Below, one piece after another: positions 48,934 to 60,360 of a stretch of DNA of 64,000 bases. Source of the DNA: Gemmatimonadota bacterium (GTDB lineage Bacteria > Gemmatimonadota > Gemmatimonadetes > Longimicrobiales > Gaopeijiaceae); assembly GCA_034521595.1 (NCBI GenBank), contig JAXHMG010000003.1:1408001-1472000 (forward strand). Reading direction: 5' to 3'. The notes under the pieces were generated by a model that was given only the letters and a program-made list of their open reading frames with translations, was not told the DNA's origin and ran no database searches. Every line of letters starts with the position of its first letter. Positions within the stretch are counted from its first letter, which is position 1. Position numbers and translations under genes: made by a program.

Positions 48934-50420
48934 GGCGCTCCGGCCTTCCGCCACGCGGACATCTCCGTTCCGGCGGCCGTCCCGACGCGCGGCGTGCGGT
49001 GCCGCTGGCGATCCTCGTGCTCGAGCAGCGCGGCGCCCACGGCCGCGGCCGTCAGCACGTCGTCCGAGCGCTCCGGCTCGACCACCTCCGGATGCTCCTC
49101 CAGATACCGGATCGACAGATCGCCCGCCCGGAACTCCGGCTCGGCCATGACGCGGCGATGGAAGCCGGTGCAGCTGTCCACCCCGACGATGACCAGCTCC
49201 TCGAGCGCCCGCTTCATCCGTTCGATCGCATGGTCACGGTCGCTTCCGTGCACGATCAGCTTCGCGAGCAGCGGATCGTAGTGGAGCGTCACCTCCGAGC
49301 CTTCGAGCACTCCGCCGTCCCAGCGCACGCCGGGGCCGCTGGGGAGCGAGAGGTGCGTGATGGTTCCCGTCGACGGGAGGAAGCCGTGCTCCGGGTCTTC
49401 CGAAGTGATCCGGCACTCGATGGCGTGACCCGTCAGCGTGAGGTCCTCCTGGCCGAACGGGAGCGCCTCCCCCGAGGCCACGCGGAGCTGCCAGTCGACG
49501 AGATCGATGCCGGTGACCAGCTCCGTGACCGGATGCTCGACCTGGATGCGGGTGTTCATCTCGAGGAAGAAGAACTCACCGTCCTGGTAGAGGAACTCGA
49601 TCGTGCCCGCCCCGCGGTACGACACCGCCTGGGCCGCGCGCACCGCCGCCTCGCCCATCGCCGCGCGCTCGTCGGGGCTGAGCACCGGAGAGGGGGCCTC
49701 CTCGACGAGCTTCTGGTGCCGACGCTGGATCGAGCACTCCCGCTCCGCGAGGTGCATCACGTTCCCGTGCGTATCGCCGAGCACCTGGATCTCGATGTGG
49801 CGAGGACGGTCGAGGTACCGCTCGAGGTACACCGAATCGTCGCCGAAGGCCGCGAGCGCCTCCCGCTGTGCCGCGTCGAACGCACGCGGCAGCTCGTCGG
49901 GCTCCGCCACGACGCGCATCCCCTTGCCTCCCCCGCCCGCCGCCGCCTTCAGCAACACCGGGTAGCCGATCTCCTCGGCCGCTTCGACGGCGGCGTCCGT
50001 GTCGGCCACCGCTTCGGTGAGGCCGGGCACGATGGGGACCCCGGCCTCGGTCATGCGCCGGCGCGCCTCGGTCTTGTCGCCCATGGCCGAGATGGTCTCC
50101 GACGTCGGGCCGACGAAGACCAGACCGGCGTCTTCCACGGCCTGGGCGAACCCGGCGCGCTCGGCGAGGAAGCCGTAGCCCGGATGAATCGCTTCGGCGC
50201 CGGCCTCGCGGGCCACCTCGATCAGGCGATCCACCTTGAGGTAGCTCTCGGCCGACGGCGCGGGGCCGATCAGATACGCTTCATCCGCCGCCAACGCGTG
50301 CGGGGCCATCCGGTCCGCTTCGGAGTACACGGCGACCGTACGGATCCCGCGCTCGCGGGCGGCCCGGATGATGCGAACCGCGATCTCTCCACGGTTGGCG
50401 ACGAGTAGCGACCGGATCAC
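48921..50420 (-). CDS. accC: Acyl-CoA carboxylase biotin carboxylase subunit
   Basis: ANRGEIA, HPGYGFLAE, GGGGKGMR, RECSIQRRHQK, EMNTRIQVEH. Confidence 0.93.
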   Translation of the reverse strand: MIRSLLVANRGEIAVRIIRAARERGIRTVAVYSEADRMAPHALAADEAYLIGPAPSAESYLKVDRLIEVAREAGAEAIHPGYGFLAERAGFAQAVEDAGLVFVGPTSETISAMGDKTEARRRMTEAGVPIVPGLTEAVADTDAAVEAAEEIGYPVLLKAAAGGGGKGMRVVAEPDELPRAFDAAQREALAAFGDDSVYLERYLDRPRHIEIQVLGDTHGNVMHLAERECSIQRRHQKLVEEAPSPVLSPDERAAMGEAAVRAAQAVSYRGAGTIEFLYQDGEFFFLEMNTRIQVEHPVTELVTGIDLVDWQLRVASGEALPFGQEDLTLTGHAIECRITSEDPEHGFLPSTGTITHLSLPSGPGVRWDGGVLEGSEVTLHYDPLLAKLIVHGSDRDHAIERMKRALEELVIVGVDSCTGFHRRVMAEPEFRAGDLSIRYLEEHPEVVEPERSDDVLTAAAVGAALLEHEDRQRHRTPRVGTAAGTEMSAWRKAGAPWAR

Positions 50421-50525
50421 GCTTGCACACCCTCGGACTGCGGAGGAACGGGCCCGGGCGACCCCGGGGTTTCGAGGCCCGAAGTTTAGCAGTCCGTACC
50501 GAAAATCTGAACGGTGATCGGGACG

Positions 50526-51548
50526 TCAGCCGCCGACCCGGCCCGACACGTTCATCTCGCTCCCGTCGCGGCGAATCCGGAACGTGACGGCTTCTCCGTC
50601 TTCATAGGTCGACAGGATGTCCCTCACCCGCGCGGGGTCGTCCACGGCGCGCCCGGCGATCTCGAGGATCACGTCTCCCACCTCGAGCCCGAGCCCGTTC
50701 TCGCCGTGCTCGGCGGCGACCAACACGCCCCGGTCCGTCCCGAAATACGCGCCGAGATCGGGGTTGACGGCCACCAGCTCGAGGCCCGAGCGTCCCCCCG
50801 GACCGAGCCGGAGCCGGGACACGCCTTCGCTTCCCGGTCCGTCGAAGCGGAACCGGTATTCGCCGGGCGGCACGCGCACGGCACCGGGCCCTGGCGCGTG
50901 CGGCCCGTCCGGCGGGCGCACGTCGATGCGTCCGTGCAGATCCCGCATCCGGTCCGAGAGCGCGCGCATCCGCTCACCGAAGGCTTCCGCGTCCCACTCC
51001 GGAGCCATGGGTCCGGCGAGCCGCCCCCAACCGGTGAGGTTCTCGGCTTCGAGCGTGGCCGTGCGGGCCTCCCCTTGCCGGCGGTAGGTGAGCGTCACCG
51101 AGTCGCCCGGCTCCACGTCACGGGCCAGGGCGAGCAGGCGTTGCGCCGGGAGGGAGCGACCCGGGTCGAGCGCGCGCTCACGCTCGTCCTCGAGCGGCTC
51201 GGTCAGGGACCGTCCGTCCAGCCGGGTCACGACGTCGCCTTCCCGCAGGCCCGCCCGGGCGGCCGGTCCGTCCTCGAGGACGCCGGAGACCCGAGCGCCC
51301 TCGGGCACCCCCTCGGTCTCGGAGACGTCGACCGAGATCCCGAGCCGCGGCCCCTCGTGCCCCGGACCCCACGGCCCGGTCACCATCTGCTCGAAGCGGG
51401 GCGTTCGCACGCACACACAGTCCTCGAGCTCGTTCCCGTCCGCGTCCACGCACCTGCATTCGGCTTCCCGGTCCTGCGCGCTCGCCGTCGCCTGGACCAT
51501 CGCGAGCAGGCCCGCGAGCACGACGCCCATCACCCGACCCATCGTCAT
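50526..51548 (-). CDS. Exported double-PDZ protein
   Basis: Signal peptide, RLGISV...GPAARAGLREGDVV, second PDZ GLEVGDVILEI; no protease domain seen. Confidence 0.75.
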   Translation of the reverse strand: MTMGRVMGVVLAGLLAMVQATASAQDREAECRCVDADGNELEDCVCVRTPRFEQMVTGPWGPGHEGPRLGISVDVSETEGVPEGARVSGVLEDGPAARAGLREGDVVTRLDGRSLTEPLEDERERALDPGRSLPAQRLLALARDVEPGDSVTLTYRRQGEARTATLEAENLTGWGRLAGPMAPEWDAEAFGERMRALSDRMRDLHGRIDVRPPDGPHAPGPGAVRVPPGEYRFRFDGPGSEGVSRLRLGPGGRSGLELVAVNPDLGAYFGTDRGVLVAAEHGENGLGLEVGDVILEIAGRAVDDPARVRDILSTYEDGEAVTFRIRRDGSEMNVSGRVGG

Positions 51549-51663
51549 CGTATCGCTCCCGTGTAGAAGTGTGTTCACCTCTACGACGCGAGCGGACGTG
51601 GAACGGTTGCCCGGGAACGGCCGCGGCGCGCTCGAGATGCGCGGGGCGGGCCACCCCACGGTG

Positions 51664-53214
51664 TCAGAGCGGGATGTTGCCGTGCTTCCTGGGCGGATTC
51701 TCGTCGCGCTTGTTGCGCAGCATGTCGAGGGCGGAGATGAGGCGCGGACGGGTCTCCCGCGGATCGATCACGTCGTCGACGTAGCCACGCGCGGCGGCCA
51801 CGTAGGGGTGCGCGAACTTCTCCCGGTACTCCTCGATCCGCTCCTCCGTCGCGGCCTCGGGATCCTCGGCGTTGGCGATCTCCTTCCGGAAGAGCACCTC
51901 CACCGCGCCCTTCGGCCCCATGACGGCGATCTCGGCTTGCGGCCACGCGAGGTTCACGTCGCCCCGGATGTGCTTCGAGTTCATGACGTCGTAGGCCCCG
52001 CCGTACGCCTTGCGGGTGATGACGGTCACCTTGGGCACCGTGGCCTCGGCGAAGGCGTAGAGGAGCTTCGCGCCGTGGCGGATGATGCCCCCGTGCTCCT
52101 GGGCCACGCCGGGCAGGAACCCCGGCACGTCCTCCAGGACGAGAATCGGGATGTTGAAGGAGTCGCAGAAGCGGACGAAGCGCGCCCCTTTGTCGGACGA
52201 ATCGATGTCGAGGACGCCGGCGAGAACCGCCGGCTGGTTCGCGACGATCCCGACCGACTGGCCGCCCAGGTGCGCGAAGCCCACCAGAATGTTGCCCGCG
52301 TAGTCCTCGTGCACCTCGTAGAACTCGCCGTGGTCGACGACGTGCCGGATGACTTCCCGCATGTCGTAGGGTCGGTTCGGATTGTCCGGCACGAGGTCGA
52401 GGAGCCGCTCGTCCTGGCGGTCGTGCGGATCGTCTTCGTCGCCGGGCGGCGGGAGCTCCCGGTTGTTCTGCGGGATGAACCGCACCAGGTCCCGCGCCGC
52501 GGCGATGCACTCGGGCTCGGAGTCCGTGGCGAAGTGCGCCACGCCCGACGTCGAGGCGTGCACGTCGGCGCCCCCCAACCCTTCCATGTCGATGTCTTCG
52601 TGGGTGACGGTCTTCACCACGTTCGGACCGGTCACGAACATGTAGCTCGTGCCCCGGACCATGTAGACGAAGTCCGTGATCGCCGGCGAATAGACCGCCC
52701 CCCCCGCGCACGGCCCGAGAATCAGGCTGATCTGGGGGATGACGCCGGACGCGAGCGTGTTGCGTAGGAAGATGTCGGCGTACCCTCCGAGGCTCACCAC
52801 GCCTTCCTGGATGCGGGCACCGCCCGAATCGTTCAGGCCGATGAGGGGCGCGCCGTTCTTCAGCGCCATGTCCTGCACCTTCACGATCTTTTCGGCATGG
52901 GCTTCGGAGAGCGAGCCACCGAAGACCGTGAAGTCCTGGCTGAAGACGTAGACCAGCCGGCCGTGGATCGTGCCGTACCCCGTGACCACGCCATCGCCGA
53001 GGACCTTGCGGTCCTCCAGGCCGAAGTCGGTGGACCGGTGGGTGACGAACCGATCGAGCTCCACGAACGAGCCCTCGTCCAGGAGCAGATCCAGCCGCTC
53101 GCGCGCGGAGAGCTTCCCGCGCTCGTGCTGCGCCTCGACACGCTCGGGGCCGCCGCCTTCTTCGGCAGCCACGCGCAGCTCCTGCAACCTGTCCAGCTTG
53201 TCTTGAATCGACAT
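51664..53214 (-). CDS. pccB: Propionyl/methylmalonyl-CoA carboxyltransferase beta subunit
   Basis: [43 protein letters not shown]. Confidence 0.93.
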   Translation of the reverse strand: MSIQDKLDRLQELRVAAEEGGGPERVEAQHERGKLSARERLDLLLDEGSFVELDRFVTHRSTDFGLEDRKVLGDGVVTGYGTIHGRLVYVFSQDFTVFGGSLSEAHAEKIVKVQDMALKNGAPLIGLNDSGGARIQEGVVSLGGYADIFLRNTLASGVIPQISLILGPCAGGAVYSPAITDFVYMVRGTSYMFVTGPNVVKTVTHEDIDMEGLGGADVHASTSGVAHFATDSEPECIAAARDLVRFIPQNNRELPPPGDEDDPHDRQDERLLDLVPDNPNRPYDMREVIRHVVDHGEFYEVHEDYAGNILVGFAHLGGQSVGIVANQPAVLAGVLDIDSSDKGARFVRFCDSFNIPILVLEDVPGFLPGVAQEHGGIIRHGAKLLYAFAEATVPKVTVITRKAYGGAYDVMNSKHIRGDVNLAWPQAEIAVMGPKGAVEVLFRKEIANAEDPEAATEERIEEYREKFAHPYVAAARGYVDDVIDPRETRPRLISALDMLRNKRDENPPRKHGNIPL

Positions 53215-53218
53215 CAGC

Positions 53219-55096
53219 CTATGGGATGGGAGTCAACGTTCGATCTCGTATGCGTACCACATGTGTACGGCGCACCACCCGGCCGTCTACGACCGAGAAG
53301 ACCCCGGTCGCCCCCTCGATCTCCTCCACGCCCTCCAGGGCGTCGAGCATGTCCGACGGACCCGTCGCTCCCCGCCTGAACGCCTCCAGAAGCAACAACG
53401 CGGCGTCGTAGCCGGCCGCGGGAACCGAGCTCACGAGCGAGCGTTGGAAATGCTCCTCGTAGGCCTCCTCGAAGCGGCGATAGCCGGGTGCGTCGGTCCC
53501 GGAGCCGATCGGTGCCGTAGCGACCACTCCATTCGTATGCCGCGGGTCCACGCGCCGGAGCGTTCCGGAATCGGTCCATCCGGATGTCCCCAGGACCTCG
53601 ATGCCGAGCGTGTCCAGCCCGAAGTGGGTGAGCTGCGGCGCGATCAACTCCACGTCTTCGGCGGGCACCGGAACGAAGACCGCGACGGGCTCGAGCTCTT
53701 CCACGTGGAGGGTGTCGTCCTCGGTGAGCCCGAGCGCCTCGATCTCCGCGGCCCGCAGGGAGTCCCGGGCCGCCAGGATCTGCTGCTCGAAGAAGGTCGC
53801 GCCATCCGTGTACGAGAAGCGTCCCACGGTGCGGATGCCGAACCGCGCGGCCTCCCGCTCGAACACGTCGCCTTCTTCCTCCGACAGCGCCGAGGTCGAC
53901 TCGACGAACGCCATGCGCTGGAACCCTCGTGATGCGGCGTGCACGGCCAGATCGTGCAATCCGACCGAATCCACGCCTTCGAGCGTGTACACGCCGGAGC
54001 CACGGAACGACGTGGACCGCGCCGTCGGAGAGATCAGGGGCAAGTTACCGTCCCGCGCGCCGGCCGCGATATCGAGGGCGGCCTCCTCGAGGAAGCCCAC
54101 GACGCCGCTCACACCCTCCTGCTCCAGCTCCTCGACCAGCGCCGCGGTGCGCTCGGGATCTCCGGCGTCGTCGTGCACCTCCAGCTCGACCTCGAAGTCC
54201 GGGCCGAGCGCCGTGGCCGCCGCGACCTCGATGCCCTCGAGCACGAGGCCGGAGAACTCCGCGAGCGCCGGAGCCCCTTCCAGCGGCAAAATCGCCGCGA
54301 GCTCCAGCCTGCGGACCGTGAAGTACCCGTCGGGCACACGCCCGTCGAGCACGGCTTCGGCCAGAGCCGCGTCGTCTCCCGCGGCTCCGTGGTCGAGCGC
54401 CGCGCGCGCGAGCTCGGAGGCCCGCACGTCATCGCCGGACCTCAGGCTCAGCGCGGCGAGTCGTGCCTCGAGCACGGGCACGATCGGCGCATCCGCGGGT
54501 GCTTCGGCCAGCACGGTCTCGAGCGCCTCGGGGGCGGCATTCACAGCCGCCTCACGGCCTAACGCCACGGCTCGCTCACGCTCCGCCGGCGCGGCGCTCG
54601 CTGCCACGTCGGCAAGCGCACCGAGCACCTCTTCCGGGCGTCCGGACAGCGCTTCCGCGCGCAGCAACCGCATCTCCGTCGTACGCGGGTGGTCCGGACC
54701 CACGAAGCTCAGATAACGCGCCGCGGCCGCCTCGGCCGTCTCCTCCTCCCCCGCGCCGAGCGCCGCCCGCGCTTGTAACCCGAGCGCGCGTCCCGATACC
54801 GCGGAAGCGGGAAACTCCTCGACGACCCGCGTGGTCAGCCGAAGCGCCTCCTCGGCTCGTCCGGCCTCGTACGCGGCTTCCGCGTCGCGATACAGCTCGG
54901 CCGCCTCGGCCTGCCGCGCGTTCCCGATCGGCCCTGCCTCGAGGACGGGCTCTTCGGGTGCTCGCGGCGCGGGCTCGTCGCCACCGGTGCCCGCCGTATC
55001 GGGAGTGGCGCAGCCCGCACCCAACGCGAGCAGGAGCACCCAGACGAAGCGCCCGAACGCGGGATGCGTCCGGGCGCTCGCACGACGCGTCAGCAT
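53219..55096 (-). CDS. LpoA/LppC-like lipoprotein (TPR repeats plus periplasmic-binding-protein type 1 domain)
   Basis: Lipobox LGAGC, helical repeats, AILPLEG, GYDAA, EGATG; ATG 55096. Confidence 0.7.
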   Translation of the reverse strand: MLTRRASARTHPAFGRFVWVLLLALGAGCATPDTAGTGGDEPAPRAPEEPVLEAGPIGNARQAEAAELYRDAEAAYEAGRAEEALRLTTRVVEEFPASAVSGRALGLQARAALGAGEEETAEAAAARYLSFVGPDHPRTTEMRLLRAEALSGRPEEVLGALADVAASAAPAERERAVALGREAAVNAAPEALETVLAEAPADAPIVPVLEARLAALSLRSGDDVRASELARAALDHGAAGDDAALAEAVLDGRVPDGYFTVRRLELAAILPLEGAPALAEFSGLVLEGIEVAAATALGPDFEVELEVHDDAGDPERTAALVEELEQEGVSGVVGFLEEAALDIAAGARDGNLPLISPTARSTSFRGSGVYTLEGVDSVGLHDLAVHAASRGFQRMAFVESTSALSEEEGDVFEREAARFGIRTVGRFSYTDGATFFEQQILAARDSLRAAEIEALGLTEDDTLHVEELEPVAVFVPVPAEDVELIAPQLTHFGLDTLGIEVLGTSGWTDSGTLRRVDPRHTNGVVATAPIGSGTDAPGYRRFEEAYEEHFQRSLVSSVPAAGYDAALLLLEAFRRGATGPSDMLDALEGVEEIEGATGVFSVVDGRVVRRTHVVRIRDRTLTPIP

Positions 55097-55130
55097 CGTT
55101 GGGCCGGAAGAGGAACGTCCTTCACCCTGG

Positions 55131-57263
55131 TCAGTCCTTGTCGTCCTCGGCTGCTTCACCGTCATCTTCTTCCGTCCCATCGCTCTCGCCTTCGGCCTCG
55201 GCCGCGGGCTTCGGCTCCACCTCGGCTTCGGTCTCGGGCTCCGTTTCAGGGGCGGCTTCGGCCTCCGCTGCCGATGCGGTCTCCGCCTCCGGTTCAGGCG
55301 CAGCTTCGGGCTCCGACTCGGCCGCGGGCTCGGGCTTTGTCTCGCTCGGGGCGGCAGCGGCCACCTCGCCCCCCTCACCACCTTCCTCCGCGGCCTTGAT
55401 CCGCGCGGCGTCGATCTCCTCCTGCGACTTCCGCTCGGGCACTTCCGTCACCTCGAGCACGATCCGGCGGTTCACGGCGTCCGACTCCATCACCCGCAAG
55501 GACAGGGTGTCACCCGAGCCGTAGTACTCCTCCAACCGGTCGGCATCCTCGATGCCCGTGTGCGAGGCGGGAACGAATCCCTCGATGTCGTCTCCGAGAT
55601 CCACCACGACGCCCTTGTCCTGGACGCGCGCCACCGTGCCGTCGAGCTCGACCCCCGGAGCGAGCCGCTCCGAGATCGAAGGCCACGGATCGTCGCTGAG
55701 CTGCTTCATGCCCAGGCTGATCCGCTTGTTCTCCGCATCGACGTCGAGGACCATGACCTCGAGCTCCTGCCCCTTCTGGACGATCTCCGAGGGATGCTCG
55801 ACCCGGCGGGTCCAGCTCATATCGGAGACGTGGACGAGCCCATCGATTCCGGGCTCGATCTCCACGAACGCCCCGAACGACGTCAGGTTGCGGACGGTGC
55901 CCGTGAGGGTGGTGCCGGTCGGGTACTTCACCGGCAACGCCAGCCACGGATCCTCCTCGATCTGCTTCATGCCGAGCGAGATCTTCTCGTCGTTCGGATC
56001 GACCTTGAGGACCACCGCCTCGATGTCGTCTCCGATGGACACGACCTTCGACGGGTGCCGAACGTTGCGGGTCCAGCTCATCTCGGAGATGTGGACCAGA
56101 CCCTCGACGCCCTTCTCGAGCTCGATGAAGGCGCCGTAGTTGGTGATCGAGACGACCTTCCCGCGGACACGCGCGCCGACGGGGTACTTCTTGTCGATGT
56201 CGGTCCAAGGATACGGAAGGAGCTGCTTGAGCCCCAGGGAGATCCGCTCTCGGTTCCAGTCGATGTCGAGCACCTTGACGTCGACCGATTGGCCGATGTC
56301 CACGACCTCGGACGGATGCCCGACGCGGCCCCAGGACATATCGGTGATGTGGAGCAGGCCGTCGAGTCCACCGAGATCGATGAACGCACCGAAGTCCGTG
56401 ATGTTCTTGACCACGCCTTCGCGCACCTGGCCGACCAGGAGCTCCTTCACGAGCGTCTCGCGCTTCTGCTCGCGTTCCGCCTCGAGGATCACGCGGCGCG
56501 AAACGACGATGTTGCGGCGGCGCTTGTTGAGCTTGATGATCTTGAAGCGATAGGTCTCGCCGATCAGGTCCTCGATGTTCGGGACCCGTCGCAGCGCGAT
56601 CTGCGACCCGGGGAGGAACGCATCCACCCCCATGAGGTCGACGGTCACGCCACCCTTGATCTTGCGGACCAAGGTGCCCTTGACCGGGCGGTCCGCGTCG
56701 TGCGCTTCCCGGATCTTCTCCCAGACCCTGAGGAAGTCGGCCTTCTTCTTGGACAACACGACCACGCCGTCGTCGTCCTCGAGGCTCTCGAGGAGAACTT
56801 CGACCTCGTCGCCGACTTCCGGAGGCTCCTTGAACTCGTCGAGCGCGACGGCACCTTCACTCTTCCCGCCAAACTCGAGGATGACCGCGGCATCGGTGAC
56901 CCGCACGACCGTCGCGTTGACGATCTCGCCTTCACGGATGCCACCGAAGTCGCCGCTGAACTCGGACAGGAGGGCTTCGAACTCTTCCTTCGAGGTCGAA
57001 AGGCGCTCCTCTCCGTAAGGGTCGTGGTAGAGCTCCGGTGAATGACCTTCGGGCACACCTTCCATGGCGTGCTCCTGGTCCGCCTTGTCGGCGGCGATCT
57101 CATCATCCGTCAGCGTGCGAACTTCACCGGTCATCGCGTCGACGACGACCGTGTCCTCGCCCTCTTGGGGGTCGGTCGGGCTCTGGTCTTCGGTCGCGTC
57201 GTCGACTGCGGACTCGGGAACTTCGGATTCCGTTTCCGGAACGGGGTTTTTCGTCTCGGCCAT
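55131..57263 (-). CDS. rpsA: 30S ribosomal protein S1
   Basis: Six S1 repeats (AFLPGSQ, ITDFGAF, GLLHITDMSW, RISLG); ATG 57263; acidic termini. Confidence 0.97.
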   Translation of the reverse strand: MAETKNPVPETESEVPESAVDDATEDQSPTDPQEGEDTVVVDAMTGEVRTLTDDEIAADKADQEHAMEGVPEGHSPELYHDPYGEERLSTSKEEFEALLSEFSGDFGGIREGEIVNATVVRVTDAAVILEFGGKSEGAVALDEFKEPPEVGDEVEVLLESLEDDDGVVVLSKKKADFLRVWEKIREAHDADRPVKGTLVRKIKGGVTVDLMGVDAFLPGSQIALRRVPNIEDLIGETYRFKIIKLNKRRRNIVVSRRVILEAEREQKRETLVKELLVGQVREGVVKNITDFGAFIDLGGLDGLLHITDMSWGRVGHPSEVVDIGQSVDVKVLDIDWNRERISLGLKQLLPYPWTDIDKKYPVGARVRGKVVSITNYGAFIELEKGVEGLVHISEMSWTRNVRHPSKVVSIGDDIEAVVLKVDPNDEKISLGMKQIEEDPWLALPVKYPTGTTLTGTVRNLTSFGAFVEIEPGIDGLVHVSDMSWTRRVEHPSEIVQKGQELEVMVLDVDAENKRISLGMKQLSDDPWPSISERLAPGVELDGTVARVQDKGVVVDLGDDIEGFVPASHTGIEDADRLEEYYGSGDTLSLRVMESDAVNRRIVLEVTEVPERKSQEEIDAARIKAAEEGGEGGEVAAAAPSETKPEPAAESEPEAAPEPEAETASAAEAEAAPETEPETEAEVEPKPAAEAEGESDGTEEDDGEAAEDDKD

Positions 57264-57457
57264 GTGACTCCGGGCTCGCGCGGAGAGCGCGATCCTCGTA
57301 TGCCGGGGCTCGGGGAAACGAGCGCCGGGCTCGGGTGAAAAAACAAGAAAGGCGCCGAGCACACATCCCGCGCACTCAGCAGCCTTTCGGCGAACAAGCC
57401 GGGCGACACCGGGACACGCGGCACCGGAGAACCTAGCCCTGAGAAGCTAGACGTCGC

Positions 57458-59518
57458 TCATTGGGCAGTCAACCGCCGGACCAACTCGACGACGGACTTC
57501 ACCTGACGGTCGAAAGGGAGCCCCGTGGTATCGATCCTGTGCGCGTCTTCGGACTCCCGCAGCGGCGCGTGCCGGCGTTCCGAATCGTGACGGTCTCGCT
57601 CCGCGATCTGCTCCATCTGGAGCTGAAGCGTCCGCTCGTCCGGATCGCGCGTTCCCGTCTCGGCCAACCGCCTGCGTGCGCGCTCCTCGAGATCGGCCAC
57701 GAGAAACACCTTCACCTCGGCGTCCGGAAAGACCACGGTCCCGAGATCCCGACCGTCCGCGACGAGGCGACCCCGTCGCCCGGCCATCCGTTGCAGTTCG
57801 ATGAGCGACGCCCGCGCGGCGGGAAGACCGGCCAGCATCGCCACGTGCTCCGTGACCTCCGGCGTACGGAGCTCCTCCACAACCGAGCGGCCCATGACCC
57901 GAACGTCGAACCCCTCTTCGGTCGGGATCGCGCGCACGTCGAGAGCGTCCAGATCCGACTCCGACAACGTGTGCCACTGCTCCGTCGGAATCTCGGACCG
58001 AAGGAGCGCGTAGGTGAGGGCTCGATAGAGCGCGCCCGAATCGAGATGTCGGAAGCCCAGAGCCTCGGCGACCGCGCGGGCCGTGCTCGACTTCCCCGAG
58101 CCCGCGGGCCCATCCAGCGTCACGATCGGGCCTTCCCGAGGCCCACCGTCGGCTCTCGGCCCACCGGGGTCGTTCGCCTCCCCGACCGTCGTGTTCGGGC
58201 GGTCACGCGATCCTGCCGCTCGAGGACCGGCGGCCCCCTCGCCCAAGCGCGCTAGCGCGGCCCAGAAGCCGGGGAAGCTCACGTCGGCCGCCCCTGGATC
58301 GTCGATCTCGATCTCGTTGCCCGGCAGAGCGCCGAGCACCCCGAACGCCATGGCGATCCGGTGGTCCCCGGCGGTGCGCACCTTTCCCCGCAGCGGCCCG
58401 TCGGCTCCCTCGACCTCGAGTCCGTCCTCGAGCTCCTCCGCCCGAGCGCCCACGGCGCGCAGGTTCTCCACCATGGTGACGATCCGGTCCGATTCCTTGG
58501 CCCGGAGCTCCGCCGCGCCACGAATGCGCGTCGTGCCGGCCGCGCGCGCGCCCAGAGCCGCCACCAAGGGCAGCTCGTCGATGAGGCGGGGGACCTCCTC
58601 CCCGTCGACGGTCGTCGCCCGGAGGGCACTCCCGGATGCGGTCACGGACCCGCGAGGCTCCGCACCGGGGTCATGCCGGTCCGCTTCCACGGTGAGGCGC
58701 GCGCCCATACGGTCGAGCACGTCGAGGAAAGCGGTCCTCGTGGGGTTGAGGCCGACGCGCTCCACGGTCAGCCCGTCCGGAGCCCCGCCCCCGAGCACGG
58801 CGAACGCGAGCAGGAACGCGGCGGACGAGAAGTCACCCGGCACCTCGAAGTCCAACGGCCGGATCCTCTCCGGTGGGTCCCGAAGCTCCACGCGCCACCC
58901 ACCCTCGACGGCATGGGAAATCACCCCGACTCCGACCTCGGAAAAGAGCCGCTCGGTGTGGTCCCGCGACTTCCGCGGCTCGGTGACGAGCGCGAACGCC
59001 CCACCCGTCAAGCCGGCCAGCAGGATCGCGCTCTTCACCTGAGCACTCGCCACCGGACTCTCCCAGTCGATCGGGGCGAGGGGGTGCCGCCCCCGAATGG
59101 TCAGGGGCAGCTTGCCGTCGATTTCGTGAAAGGTGAAGGTCGCACCCATCGCGTGCAGCGGCTCCGTGACCCGGCGCATCGGACGGGTGCGGAGCGAGGT
59201 GTCTCCGGTCAGGTGGACATGCAGCTCCGTCCCGGCCAGGACCCCGAGCAGGAGCCGCGTACCCGTGCCACTGTTACCCAAATCGAGCTCGCCACCGGGA
59301 TCTCGCAACCCGCCCAACCCGACCCCTCGCACCACTACCTCCCCTCCATTCCCGGGAATCGCGGGGACCGCCGCACCGAGGCGCGCCAGGGCGTCCCGGG
59401 TAGAGGCCGCGTCCCCTCCGTGGAGCAACCCACGGAGCCGGCTCTCCCCCGAAGCCAGCGCCGACAGGATGAGTGCCCGCTGCGTCAGCGACTTATCGCC
59501 GGGAACCGTGACCCTCAC
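57458..59518 (-). CDS. aroA-cmk: Fused EPSP synthase / cytidylate kinase
   Basis: PGDKS, GNSGT, SAQVKSA, RDHTER, KESDR, DHRIAM, then DGPAGSGKSS, DSGALYR, DGRDLGTVVFP in one frame. Confidence 0.93.
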   Translation of the reverse strand: MRVTVPGDKSLTQRALILSALASGESRLRGLLHGGDAASTRDALARLGAAVPAIPGNGGEVVVRGVGLGGLRDPGGELDLGNSGTGTRLLLGVLAGTELHVHLTGDTSLRTRPMRRVTEPLHAMGATFTFHEIDGKLPLTIRGRHPLAPIDWESPVASAQVKSAILLAGLTGGAFALVTEPRKSRDHTERLFSEVGVGVISHAVEGGWRVELRDPPERIRPLDFEVPGDFSSAAFLLAFAVLGGGAPDGLTVERVGLNPTRTAFLDVLDRMGARLTVEADRHDPGAEPRGSVTASGSALRATTVDGEEVPRLIDELPLVAALGARAAGTTRIRGAAELRAKESDRIVTMVENLRAVGARAEELEDGLEVEGADGPLRGKVRTAGDHRIAMAFGVLGALPGNEIEIDDPGAADVSFPGFWAALARLGEGAAGPRAAGSRDRPNTTVGEANDPGGPRADGGPREGPIVTLDGPAGSGKSSTARAVAEALGFRHLDSGALYRALTYALLRSEIPTEQWHTLSESDLDALDVRAIPTEEGFDVRVMGRSVVEELRTPEVTEHVAMLAGLPAARASLIELQRMAGRRGRLVADGRDLGTVVFPDAEVKVFLVADLEERARRRLAETGTRDPDERTLQLQMEQIAERDRHDSERRHAPLRESEDAHRIDTTGLPFDRQVKSVVELVRRLTAQ

Positions 59519-60360
59519 GCGCCCTTTCTCCAGCTTCCACCCTCGCGCATGAGGCGCTCGAGCACAGCGAGGTCACCCCGCTCCAGAGCCGACGCCGCCT
59601 CGGTCATCGTCTCCGCCAGCGTGCGCAACGCATCCGGCACCTCCGCCGGGACGTCCCGAAAGAGATCGAGCCACATGTCGGGGTTACTCGCGGCCAGGCG
59701 GGTCATATCGCGACCGCCGGGTCCCAAGGTGTCCAGGTCCACGTCCCGCCGGGACATTCCGACGGCCAACGCGCTCGCGACGAGTTGAGGAAGATGGCTG
59801 ACCAGGCCCATGATCCGATCGTGCTCCTCGGCTTCGATCGTCCGGGGATCTCCGCCGACGGAGCGCCAGAGCGCGTGCACGCCGGGCACCCTCTCTTCGG
59901 CCTCCGGAGCGGCCACCAGCCATACGCGAGCACCGTGGAAGAGGTCGGCCGAAGAGCGCGCGAACCCCGAGCCCTCCGACCCGGCCATCGGATGAGCCCC
60001 GACCCATCGATGGGACAGTCCCGCCTCCGAGGCCGCCCGTGACATGGGCGTCTTGAGGCTGGCGACGTCCATGATCGTCGCGCCGGGAGGGGCGAGGCCG
60101 TCGAGATCGGGCAGGATGCGGCGGCAGGCGTCGAGCGGGACGGCGAGCACCACCAGATCGGCCTCCTCGACCGCATCTTCCCAAGCGGACGGGGCCGCGA
60201 CGACCGCCCGTTCGCTCAGGGCCTGGTCTCGCTCTCCGAGTGCGGGCGACCACCCCACGACCTTCACGTCGGGAGCGGCCGCACGAACCGCGCGCGCCAG
60301 GGATCCACCGATCACGCCGAGGCCCAGCACGGCCATGGTTCGGAAGGGAATCTCAGACAC
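59515..60360 (-). CDS. tyrA: Prephenate/arogenate dehydrogenase
   Basis: GLGVIGGS, DVAS.K, HPMAGSE, HD.....SHLP, RDMTRLA; GTG 60360. Confidence 0.9.
   Translation of the reverse strand: MSEIPFRTMAVLGLGVIGGSLARAVRAAAPDVKVVGWSPALGERDQALSERAVVAAPSAWEDAVEEADLVVLAVPLDACRRILPDLDGLAPPGATIMDVASLKTPMSRAASEAGLSHRWVGAHPMAGSEGSGFARSSADLFHGARVWLVAAPEAEERVPGVHALWRSVGGDPRTIEAEEHDRIMGLVSHLPQLVASALAVGMSRRDVDLDTLGPGGRDMTRLAASNPDMWLDLFRDVPAEVPDALRTLAETMTEAASALERGDLAVLERLMREGGSWRKGA

Noticed and set aside
9542-57041. Numerous long antisense ORFs (e.g. 9542-11650, 14974-16863, 27859-29688, 31889-34285, 45668-47782, 54831-57041)
   Set aside because: These are shadow frames of well-supported genes, expected at this GC content, with no recognisable motifs.
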